64,000 nt of DNA from Patescibacteria group bacterium. GTDB lineage: Bacteria > Patescibacteriota > Minisyncoccia > UBA6257 > UBA9933. The position numbers and the translations under genes are program-made. The DNA lies in NCBI GenBank assembly GCA_038065955.1, contig JBBTPY010000003.1:39624-103623 (forward strand), in the 5' to 3' direction. Positions 29,856-40,508 of the stretch are shown one piece after another; positions within the stretch are counted from its first letter, which is position 1, and each line of letters starts with the position of its first letter. Below the pieces are notes generated by a model. That model saw only the letters and a list, made by a program, of their open reading frames with translations, was not told the origin of the DNA and searched no databases.

Positions 29856-30891
29856 ATAGACGATTTAAAGCAACAATTTAAAGAACTTCAAAATGAAGCC
29901 CGGCTAATGGCCGGGCGGTTTTGACATTGCGTCAAAGCGCAATCGCGTTAAAGAAATTGAGTTTGAACTTTCCGACCCGGACTTTTGGAAAAATCGGGAA
30001 ATTGCCGACGCCAAAATAAAAGAACTCGGCGAATTAAACAGTTTAATAAAAAGATTTGACGATATAGAACAAGGATTGGCGCGGATTGAAACGCTTATTG
30101 ATTTAAAAGACGGCGAAAAGTTATTAAAAGAAATTCGAAATAAAATTCGCCAATTGGAAATTGAAAGGCTTTTTACCGGCAAATATGATAAACAATCGGC
30201 GATTGTTTCTGTTTTTGCCGGCGCCGGCGGAGAAGATGCGGAAGATTGGGCAAATATACTTTATAAAATGTATGCGAAATTCTCAGAAAAACGCGGTTGG
30301 AAAATAAAAATAATTGATGAAAATCCAATTACTTTTGAAATAAAAGGGGATTATGCTTACGGTTATTTAAAAAAAGAAGCCGGCGTTCATCGTTTAGTGA
30401 GAATTTCGCCGTTTTCGCCCGAGCAAAAAAGGCACACTTCTTTCGCCTTAGTGGAAGTTCTTCCCGATTTACCGGAAATTGACGAAAAGAAATTTGAAAT
30501 TCCTCAAGAAGACATAAAAGTTGAATTTTCTCGCGCCGGCGGACCCGGCGGCCAGAATGTCAATAAAGTGGAAACCGCCGTCAGGATTATTCATTTACCG
30601 ACGGGCATCAGTGTTGGTTCGCGGGTGGAGCGGTCGCAGGCTCAAAATCGCGTTCGAGCGATGAAAACGCTTAAAACAAAACTGTTTAAATTAATGGAAG
30701 AAAAACAAACTAAAGAATTGGGGCAGTTGCGGACCAAAGTAAAGCCGGAATGGGGAAATCAAATCCGTTCTTATGTTTTAAATCCTTATAAAATGGTTAA
30801 AGACCATAGAACGGGCATAGAAACCAGCCAGGCGGAAAAAGTATTGGAAGGAGAATTGGATTTATTTATTGAAAGCGATATAATTAAGTAA
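29856..30891 (+). CDS. prfB: Peptide chain release factor 2 with programmed +1 frameshift at 29919-29925; start codon uncertain
   Basis: SPF and GGQ motifs; TTT-TGA-C joins a short 0-frame ORF to +1 frame [22 protein letters not shown], which is in frame with 30076. Confidence 0.92.
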
Positions 30892-30895
30892 AGCG

Positions 30896-31585
30896 ATGAT
30901 TACTTTTCAAAATGTTTCTAAAATTTATAAAAATAACAGCCACGAAATGGTTGCTTTGGACGATGCTAATTTTACAATTGAATCAAAAGAGTTTATTTCA
31001 ATTGTCGGAAAATCGGGCGCCGGCAAGTCAACGATTATTAAACTTTTAATCGGCGAAGAAAAACCGACTAAAGGGCGCGTGATTGTCAGTTCTTACGATG
31101 TCAATAAATTGAAATCGCGGGAACTTCCGAAGTTGCGCCGCCATATAGGCGTTATTTTTCAGGATTTTCGGCTTTTGCCGAATAAAACCGCTTTTGAAAA
31201 TGTCGCTTTCGCTTTGGAGGTGGCCGGCCGGTTGCAGGCGGAAATAAATGAATTCGTGCCTCAGGCCTTTAAGATGGTCGGATTAGAAAATAAAATGGCT
31301 AATTTTCCAAAAGAACTTTCCGGCGGCGAAAAACAAAGAGTGGCGATTGCCCGGGCGATGATTAATAATCCCGATGTTCTTATTGCCGACGAACCGACTG
31401 GAAATTTAGACCCATTAAACACGGCTGAAATTATTAATCTGCTTTTGAAAATCAATGAATTGGGAACGATTGTTATTTTAGCCACTCATAATAAAGAAAT
31501 AGTTGATGATTTAAATCGGAGAGTGATAAGTTTGGAAAACGGAAAGATTTTTAGAGACGAAGAAAAAGGAAAATATATATGTTAA
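30896..31585 (+). CDS. ftsE: Cell division ATP-binding protein FtsE
   Basis: GKSGAGKS, IFQDFRLL, LSGGEKQR, ADEPTGNLD; precedes ftsX. Confidence 0.92.
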   Translation: MITFQNVSKIYKNNSHEMVALDDANFTIESKEFISIVGKSGAGKSTIIKLLIGEEKPTKGRVIVSSYDVNKLKSRELPKLRRHIGVIFQDFRLLPNKTAFENVAFALEVAGRLQAEINEFVPQAFKMVGLENKMANFPKELSGGEKQRVAIARAMINNPDVLIADEPTGNLDPLNTAEIINLLLKINELGTIVILATHNKEIVDDLNRRVISLENGKIFRDEEKGKYIC

Positions 31586-32487
31586 CCGCGTTATCCCGAA
31601 TAATTAAATACGGCATTCTTGGTTTTTGGAGAAACGGTTGGCTTTCAACGGCCACTATCGCCATAATGATTTTAGCGTTGGTTGTTTTTGAAGGCTTGAT
31701 TATTTTTAACGTTTTAACGGAAACAGCGCTTCAGTCGCTTCAAGATAAAATTGATATCAGTGTTTATTTTAAAATTGATTCGGCCGAAGATGAAATTTTA
31801 AAAATAAAGAAATCCTTAGAAACGCTCGGCGAAGTAAAGCGCGTTGAATATATTTCTCGGGATAAAGCGTTGGAAATTTTTCGCGCTCGGCATCAAGGTG
31901 AAGAAACAATTAATCAGGCCCTGGAAACTCTTGAAACCAATCCTCTTTCCACGTCTTTAAGGATTCAGGCTTATAATTCCAAAGATTACGCCGTTATAGA
32001 CGCTTATCTGAAAAATGAATCGTTCAAGCCGCTGATTGATAAAATATCATACAGCAAAAATTCCACAGTCATTGAACGGTTGAATAAAATCATTGAAACC
32101 GTTAAGCAATCGGGAATGTTTTTAACGGCGCTTTTTTCTTTTGTCGCCGTTTTAATAACTTTCAACACAATCAGATTGGCAATTTATTCCAATCGCGAAG
32201 AAATCGGCATTATGAGGCTCGTCGGCGCTTCCAATATTTTTATTCGCGGCCCTTATGCCGTGGAAGGAGTTATTTACGGCGTGATTGCCGGCGTTTTGAG
32301 TTTTGTCTTATTCGCGCCGGTTATTTATTATATTAACCCTTACGTAAAAATATTTATTCCGGAAATGGAAATTTGGTCTTATATAGCGTCAAATTCCGTA
32401 AAACTTATCGGTTATCAGATATTTTTCGGCGTTATTTTGGGATTAATTTCTTCAAGTATTGCCATTAGAAAATATTTAAGAATTTAA
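31579..32487 (+). CDS. ftsX: Cell division permease FtsX
   Basis: NTIRLAIYSNREEIGIMRLVGAS..FIRGP. Confidence 0.93.
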   Translation: MLTALSRIIKYGILGFWRNGWLSTATIAIMILALVVFEGLIIFNVLTETALQSLQDKIDISVYFKIDSAEDEILKIKKSLETLGEVKRVEYISRDKALEIFRARHQGEETINQALETLETNPLSTSLRIQAYNSKDYAVIDAYLKNESFKPLIDKISYSKNSTVIERLNKIIETVKQSGMFLTALFSFVAVLITFNTIRLAIYSNREEIGIMRLVGASNIFIRGPYAVEGVIYGVIAGVLSFVLFAPVIYYINPYVKIFIPEMEIWSYIASNSVKLIGYQIFFGVILGLISSSIAIRKYLRI

Positions 32488-32900
32488 TGGATTGTATTTT
32501 TTGTAAAATAATTAATAAGGAAATTCCGGCAAATATTATTCTTGAAGACGAATCGGCCTTGGTAATGTTGGATATTAATCCGAGAAGCCGGGGACACGCG
32601 ATAGTTTTGCCGAAAACGCATATTCAAAATATTTTAGAGCTGGCGGATAAAGACATTGAAGGAGTTTTTAAAATGGTTAAAAAGGCGACCGGTTTATTGG
32701 ATAAATCATTAAAGCCCGATGGCTTTACAATTGGAATTAACCATGGTAAAGTGAGCGGACAAACGGTTGCTCATCTGCATATTCATGTTATGCCGAGATG
32801 GTATTCTGACGGCGGCGGTTCAATTCATTCGGCGGTAAACAATCCGCCGAAAGAGTCAATTCAAGAAACAGCCGTAAAAATTTTAAATCCTAAATCCTAA
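32487..32900 (+). CDS. HIT family protein
   Basis: DCIFCKI; HLHIHV triad. Confidence 0.93.
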   Translation: MDCIFCKIINKEIPANIILEDESALVMLDINPRSRGHAIVLPKTHIQNILELADKDIEGVFKMVKKATGLLDKSLKPDGFTIGINHGKVSGQTVAHLHIHVMPRWYSDGGGSIHSAVNNPPKESIQETAVKILNPKS

Positions 32901-32916
32901 ATCCTAAATCCTAAAT
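32884..32916. repeat. 7-mer tandem array (TAAATCC)x4 over the HIT stop codon
   Basis: read directly. Confidence 0.9.
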
Positions 32917-32924
32917 TATTTATT

Positions 32925-33134
32925 ATGATTGAACTTAATCGTCGCAAAGGCGAATCAGTAACCGCGTTTCTGCATCGGTTCAGCACGCGAATTAAGCAGA
33001 GCGGAGTTTTGCGCGAAGCTAAAAAACGCCGCTATTACAGCCGGCCGATTAATAAAGCCAAAAGGCGGGCCGCGGCTTTGTATCGCGCCGCGAAAAAGAA
33101 AGAGTTTGAGAAAAAGAGAAAAAGCGGTAGATAA
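32925..33134 (+). CDS. rpsU: 30S ribosomal protein S21
   Basis: GES...L.RF...KQSGVLREAKKRRYY; synteny with yqeY. Confidence 0.8.
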   Translation: MIELNRRKGESVTAFLHRFSTRIKQSGVLREAKKRRYYSRPINKAKRRAAALYRAAKKKEFEKKRKSGR

Positions 33135-33147
33135 AAAATGTCTTTAT

Positions 33148-33341
33148 AGACCTCTTACACAATAACCTTTTCTACTACAATTATGCTTTTTCGGCTACAA
33201 ACAACTCATCGCTCGTCAATGAATACTTTGTATTCATTTCCTCGCGCTTCGTTGTTTTCGCTCGCCCTCACACCAAAAATTTTGGCGTGAGGGCTCAAAA
33301 AATCATAATTTCGCTACGAAAAATTATTATGCAAGAGGTCT
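33148..33341. mobile_element. MITE-like element inserted in the 5' end of yqeY
   Basis: imperfect TIR AGACCTCTT...AAGAGGTCT, TAT/TAA flanks, internal hairpins. Confidence 0.7.
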
Positions 33342-33796
33342 TAAAGCAAACAATTTCCGATGATTTGAAAAATGCCTTAAAATCCGGCGACAGTTTCAAG
33401 GTTGGAATTTTGCGTTTGCTCTTATCGGCGCTTCATAATAAAGAGATTGAAAAACGCGGCAAAGGAGAAAAATCGGAGCTTTCAGAAGAAGAAATAATTG
33501 AAGTTTTAATGAAAGAGTCAAAAAAACGGAAAGAGGCGATTGAAATTTATTCAAAAGGCGGCCGTCAAGATTTGGCCGCTCAAGAAGCCAAAGAATCGGA
33601 AATTATAAAAATTTATTTGCCCGAACAATTAAGCGAAGCGGAAGTTGAAAAAATGGCGTTAAAAGCGATTGAAAAAATTGGCGCGAAAAATCAAAAAGAT
33701 TTCGGCAAAGCGATGGCAGAAGCGATGAAAGAATTAAAAGGAAAAACAGACGCTTCAAAAGTAAGCGAAATAATTAAAAAGAAACTTAATTCTTAA
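33329..33796 (+). CDS. GatB/YqeY domain protein
   Basis: LKQTISDDLKNALK, KKRKEAIEIYSKGGRQDLA, YLPEQLSE, FGKAM. Confidence 0.92.
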   Translation: MQEVLKQTISDDLKNALKSGDSFKVGILRLLLSALHNKEIEKRGKGEKSELSEEEIIEVLMKESKKRKEAIEIYSKGGRQDLAAQEAKESEIIKIYLPEQLSEAEVEKMALKAIEKIGAKNQKDFGKAMAEAMKELKGKTDASKVSEIIKKKLNS

Positions 33797-33802
33797 TGGG
33801 TC

Positions 33803-33831
33803 TTGACAAGTTTTTTTGCGTTCCCTATAAT
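33803..33831 (+). promoter_or_regulatory. Consensus sigma70 promoter for groES-groEL
   Basis: TTGACA-17-TATAAT, 8 nt before ATG. Confidence 0.8.
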
Positions 33832-33839
33832 TCTTATTT

Positions 33840-34127
33840 ATGAATATAAAACCTCTTTCTAATCATGTTTTTATTGAACCGTTAAAAGAAGAGCAAACAA
33901 CCAAAAGCGGTATTTTTTTGCCGGAAACGATGGAAAATAAACCGATTAAAGGTAAGGTTTTTGCCGTTGGTTTGGGTAAAATTAACGAAAAAGGCGAGCA
34001 AATTCCGATGTCGGTTAAAATCGGCGATACGGTTTTGTTTAAAAAATACGGTCCGGATGAAATTGAAATAGACGGTAAAAAATATCTGGTCGGAGATGAA
34101 GATGATATACTTGCGATTTTAGAATAA
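33840..34127 (+). CDS. groES: Co-chaperonin GroES
   Basis: IKPL, TTKSGIFLP, VKIGDTVLF, EDDILAI. Confidence 0.96.
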   Translation: MNIKPLSNHVFIEPLKEEQTTKSGIFLPETMENKPIKGKVFAVGLGKINEKGEQIPMSVKIGDTVLFKKYGPDEIEIDGKKYLVGDEDDILAILE

Positions 34128-36279
<2,152 letters not shown>

Positions 36280-36311
36280 ATAGTTAAATTATATTATAAA
36301 TTCGTTGATTT

Positions 36312-36878
36312 ATGAAATCCTTTCTTTATTCTCTTTGGGAAATTATTGAAATTACTTTAGTGGCAGTGGTTGCAGTTTTGATAATTCGCTATTTTCTCGT
36401 CCAGCCGTTTTTGGTAAACGGCGCTTCCATGGAGCCAAATTTTTCAAACGGCGATTATTTATTGATTGACGAAATCACTTATCGTTTCAGAGAGCCATTG
36501 CGCGGCGAAGCGATTGTATTTCATTATCCCCGCGACGAAAAATTTTATTACATTAAAAGAATTATCGGTTTGCCGGGCGAAGAACTGGAAATTAAAAACG
36601 GAAAAGTTTTTATTTTTAATAAAGAATATCCTAAAGGGTTTGTTTTAGATGAAAATTATCTTCCTTCGGGATTAGAAACCGTCGGCAAAGAAGGACGCGT
36701 TGTTTTGACTGAAAACGAATATTTCGCTTTCGGCGATAATCGCGGTTTTAGTTCTGATTCCCGTTTTTGGGGGTCCGTTAAATATGATAATATCGTCGGA
36801 TTGGTTCGTTTAAGGCTTTGGCCATTAAATAAAGTAATGGCGTTCGGATTTAATGAAAACTACCAAGCGTCAAAATAA
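36312..36878 (+). CDS. lepB: Signal peptidase I
   Basis: GASMEPN, YIKRIIGLPGE, GDNR..SSDSR.WG. Confidence 0.95.
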   Translation: MKSFLYSLWEIIEITLVAVVAVLIIRYFLVQPFLVNGASMEPNFSNGDYLLIDEITYRFREPLRGEAIVFHYPRDEKFYYIKRIIGLPGEELEIKNGKVFIFNKEYPKGFVLDENYLPSGLETVGKEGRVVLTENEYFAFGDNRGFSSDSRFWGSVKYDNIVGLVRLRLWPLNKVMAFGFNENYQASK

Positions 36879-38172
36879 AAAATCCGCCGGCAGAAAGATT
36901 TTTTTTCAGTCTCCGAAAGGAATGCGCGACATTCTTCCGGAAGACCAGTTTATATGGGAAAAAATCAGGGACGAAGCCGTTAAAATTGCCGGCGAATATG
37001 GTTATCTGCGCATCGATACGCCGATTTTAGAATCGGCGGATATTTTTGAGCGCACCGGCGAGGGGACAGATATTGTGGAAAAGCAGATGTATTTTATTAA
37101 AGACAAGAAAGACGGCAGTTTAGTTTTAAGGCCGGAAGGAACGGCGCCGATAATGAGAGCTTACATTCAGAACGGTTTAAATAAAATTGCTCAGCCGTTG
37201 AAGCTTTTTTATATTGGTCCGATGTTTCGCCATGAATCTCCTCAAGCGGGGCGTTATAGGCAGTTTTATCAGGCGGGTTTTGAAATTATCGGCGCCGACG
37301 GCGACCCGATTTACGATGCTCAAATAATTTTGGCTTCTTTGCGCCTGCTGGAAGAATTAAAAATTAAAAATCTTGTTATTCAAATTAACAGTATCGGTTG
37401 CAAGCATTGCCGTTTGGCTTATCAAAGAAAGCTTCAGCAATATTACAAGAATCATCAAAATAAAATTTGTAAAGATTGCCGCGAGCGTTTACAGCCAAGG
37501 CCTTTGCGTCTCTTGGATTGCAAGGATGAAAAATGCGCTCCGATAAAAGCCAAGGCGCCGATTATTCTTGACCAGCTTTGCGGGCAATGTAAAAAACATT
37601 TTAAAAATGTTTTAGAATATTTAGATGAGCTTTCGCTTTCTTATAATTTGAATCCGCATTTAGTTAGGGGATTGGATTATTATAATCGGACGGTTTTTGA
37701 AATTTTTTCGGATATGCCGCAGTTTTCCGGATTGGCTTTGGCCAGCGGCGGCCGTTACGACCATCTTTCGGAAATGATTTCTCATAAACAAATTTGCGCC
37801 GTCGGAAGCGCCGTTGGCATGGATAGGGTGGCGGAATTATTGAAATCTTCGGAAATTAAACATTTGCCGCTGAAGGAACAAAAAGTTTTTTTGATTCATA
37901 TCGGCGATGAAGCGAAAAAAAAGGGATTGTCGCTTTTTGAAGAATTAAGAAAGGCGGGCGTTAAAGCGGTTGAATCTTTCGGCCGCGAATCGCTGAAATC
38001 GCAGTTAAAGGCGGCGGATAAATCGCGGGCTCGGTTGAGTTTAATTCTCGGCCAAAAGGAAGTTTTTGAAGAAGTAATTATTATCCGCGATATGAAAAGC
38101 GGCGCTCAAGAAACCGCGCCGCTTAAAAAAATGGTTGAAGAAGTGAAAAAAATGATGAAAGCGCCGCTTTAA
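36853..38172 (+). CDS. hisS: Histidine--tRNA ligase
   Basis: PKGMRD, LRPEGTA, FRHESPQAGRYRQF, LVRGLDYY, GGRYD. Confidence 0.97.
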   Translation: MKTTKRQNKKSAGRKIFFQSPKGMRDILPEDQFIWEKIRDEAVKIAGEYGYLRIDTPILESADIFERTGEGTDIVEKQMYFIKDKKDGSLVLRPEGTAPIMRAYIQNGLNKIAQPLKLFYIGPMFRHESPQAGRYRQFYQAGFEIIGADGDPIYDAQIILASLRLLEELKIKNLVIQINSIGCKHCRLAYQRKLQQYYKNHQNKICKDCRERLQPRPLRLLDCKDEKCAPIKAKAPIILDQLCGQCKKHFKNVLEYLDELSLSYNLNPHLVRGLDYYNRTVFEIFSDMPQFSGLALASGGRYDHLSEMISHKQICAVGSAVGMDRVAELLKSSEIKHLPLKEQKVFLIHIGDEAKKKGLSLFEELRKAGVKAVESFGRESLKSQLKAADKSRARLSLILGQKEVFEEVIIIRDMKSGAQETAPLKKMVEEVKKMMKAPL

Positions 38173-39863
38173 ATATGGTTTATTTTTCTCATCAATTCCA
38201 AATCTTTATTTCTTAATTGTTCCAAAATTTTCATTTCAGGGTCAATGGCGATAGTCTTCCCTAAATATTGGCCGGCGGTGAAATGAGGAAGTAAAACATA
38301 ATCGGCTCTTTCGCCGGCCGGTGGATTATACAAAATTTCCGCTTCTTTTTCGGTTCGGGCTCTTAAAACGACTTTAAGATTTTTTCGGTTCGGCAGGGCG
38401 CTTAATTGGCTTAAAAGCGTCAAATTATCTTCTAAATCGGGACTGGTGGAAATTGCCAATCGGGCTTGATTAAAATTGGCTTTTTCAAAAATTTCCCGGT
38501 CAGCGATATCGCCAAAAATATACTCATAACCGCGTTTTTTTAATTGAGCGATGATTTCCGGGTCAAAATCAATAATCAATAAATCTTCTTTCGGCAGGTT
38601 AAAAGCGATGCTTTGGCCGGTTCGGTGGGAGCCGATTAAAATAATCGGTTTATTGAATTCTTTTGCATGAAATTCGTCTTCTTTGAGATTTTTGCGTTCA
38701 AAGAATTTTAAGTATGGCGAAAGCCGCCTGAAAATGGAATCGGCGTAAATAATCATATAACTTGATAGGGCGATTGTGATTACGCCGATCGCGGTAATTA
38801 AGGAAACGGTATCTTTATTAATATGTCCGAGCTTGAATCCTAAGGCGGCTAAAACCAGACTGAATTCTGAAATTTGAGCTACGGTTAAGCCGGTAAGGAA
38901 ACTCGTTCTTTTGCGATAACCTAAGAGCCACATAATTATTAAAACAATTAATGGATTGCCGATTAAAACAAAAACAGAAAGAACGGCTATTGGCAGAATT
39001 AATTCGTTAATGCCGGAAAAAATAAATGAAGACCCTAAAATCGCGAAGAAAATTAAAATAAAAAAATCTCTTAACGGTTTAACGCGGCTGGAAATTTCAA
39101 AATGTTCGGCGGAATTAGCGAGAGCCAAACCGGCCAGAAAACCGCCGATTTCCAGAGAAAAACCGATTTTTTCAATAACGGCGGCAATCGCGAAAACCCA
39201 TGCCAAACTGATTAAAAATAATAATTCTTGAGAGCGGGCGGCTTTGTCAAAAATCAGGGGAAAAATTTTTCGGCCAAGATATAACATTAAAACAAACAAA
39301 ACTCCGCCCTTAACGACGGTTAAAAAAATATCCGCGAAAATCAATCCTTTGCCGGCTTCAATGCCGGCTAAAAATATCAAAAGCAGAATTGCCACAAAAT
39401 CCTGGACAAGAAGAAGGCCGACGCTAAGTTTTCCATATAAGCTGTTTAAGTCCTTTTTTTCCGATAAAAGTTTGACGACGATAATAGTGCTGGAAAAAGT
39501 CAGGGCAATGGCGATATAAGCGCTTGTAAGATTGTTAAAACCGAAAAATAAAGCGATTAAAAAACCGATAATAAAAGTAAAAACAAGCTGGCCAAGTCCG
39601 ATGATTAAAGCGGGTTTTCCCACCAATCTTAAAGAAGTATAATTGATTTCCAAGCCGACTAAAAACAGCAAAAACATTATGCCCAAGCTTGAAAATAGCT
39701 GGAAAGTTTCTTTATCGGCCAGATTAAAAAATCCGAAATAGCCGATTAAAAGGCCGGTCGCCAGATATGCCAGAATAATCGGCTGTTTTAATAATTTCGC
39801 CACGACGCCGAGCCCCGCGGCGATTACGATAACGATTGCCAGTTCCAAAATTCCGGAAGCCAT
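38169..39863 (-). CDS. CPA2/Kef-type cation:proton antiporter with C-terminal TrkA-N domain
   Basis: LLFLVGLE, FSSTIIVVK, QISEFSLV, GDIAD; many TMs. Confidence 0.9.
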   Translation of the reverse strand: MASGILELAIVIVIAAGLGVVAKLLKQPIILAYLATGLLIGYFGFFNLADKETFQLFSSLGIMFLLFLVGLEINYTSLRLVGKPALIIGLGQLVFTFIIGFLIALFFGFNNLTSAYIAIALTFSSTIIVVKLLSEKKDLNSLYGKLSVGLLLVQDFVAILLLIFLAGIEAGKGLIFADIFLTVVKGGVLFVLMLYLGRKIFPLIFDKAARSQELLFLISLAWVFAIAAVIEKIGFSLEIGGFLAGLALANSAEHFEISSRVKPLRDFFILIFFAILGSSFIFSGINELILPIAVLSVFVLIGNPLIVLIIMWLLGYRKRTSFLTGLTVAQISEFSLVLAALGFKLGHINKDTVSLITAIGVITIALSSYMIIYADSIFRRLSPYLKFFERKNLKEDEFHAKEFNKPIILIGSHRTGQSIAFNLPKEDLLIIDFDPEIIAQLKKRGYEYIFGDIADREIFEKANFNQARLAISTSPDLEDNLTLLSQLSALPNRKNLKVVLRARTEKEAEILYNPPAGERADYVLLPHFTAGQYLGKTIAIDPEMKILEQLRNKDLELMRKINHI

Positions 39864-39904
39864 ATTTTAAATTATACAACATTTTGATTATTCATTCATT
39901 AATG

Positions 39905-39913
39905 TTATCCACA
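39905..39913 (+). promoter_or_regulatory. Perfect DnaA box
   Basis: TTATCCACA in intergenic DNA. Confidence 0.45.
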
Positions 39914-39966
39914 TATTGAAAGATAAAAAAAAATTAAAAATGGTATGATTTACAATAATAATTGTA

Positions 39967-40116
39967 ATGTCCAAAACAAAATTTGTAAGAAAATTTTTTA
40001 AATTTTTCGCGATATTTTCATTAATCGCGGTTTTGGGGTTTTCCGATATTATTTCTTTTTTGCCGCAGATTTTGCAAAACAACAAATTGGCGGAAAATTT
40101 GAAAACCAAAATTTAA
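39967..40116 (+). pseudogene. Truncated paralog of the N-terminus of the 40509 surface protein (49 aa)
   Basis: 40000-40101 is identical to 40536-40637. Confidence 0.75.
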
Positions 40117-40138
40117 TTTTAAAAAATAAAACGAATTT

Positions 40139-40365
40139 ATGAAAACTTTGGCCTTTATTGACGCTTCCAATCTTTTTTATGGCGGTGAGAAAAGTTTAGG
40201 TTGGAAGATTGACTATAAAAAGCTGCTGGATTATTTAAAAAATAAATAGAGGTGATTATTTTGGCAAGGGGTCCGAGGACGGTGAGAGAAATAAGGCAGT
40301 TCGCGGGAGCTAATTTCAGAGATTTTGAGTATTTGAAATATTTGTTAAAGATGGATGAAAAGTAA
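40139..40365 (+). pseudogene. NYN/LabA-DUF88 (PIN-like) domain pseudogene
   Basis: MKTLAFIDASNLFYGGEKSLGWKIDY, frameshift, then C-terminal fragment EVIILARGPRTVREIRQFAG; middle missing. Confidence 0.65.
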
Positions 40366-40394
40366 TGAGGCGGACTCATATAGAATCCGCCTCA
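40366..40394 (+). terminator. Hairpin after the NYN pseudogene
   Basis: tgaggcgga...tccgcctca. Confidence 0.5.
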
Positions 40395-40508
40395 CGTTTA
40401 GTATTTAAAATATATGTCTGATATTGAATAATGTCAATAGTAAAATTGGGTATAACTAAAAATTAAAAAAAGAGTAAAAATAACAAAATTGTATTATAAT
40501 AAATAAAG

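Noticed and set aside
30076-30891. RF2 starting at 30076 as given in the ORF track
   Set aside because: RF2-like sequence continues upstream in frame to the TTT-TGA-C site at 29919-29925.
39890-39966. Replication origin
   Set aside because: Only one DnaA box, no cluster, and no dnaA/dnaN nearby.
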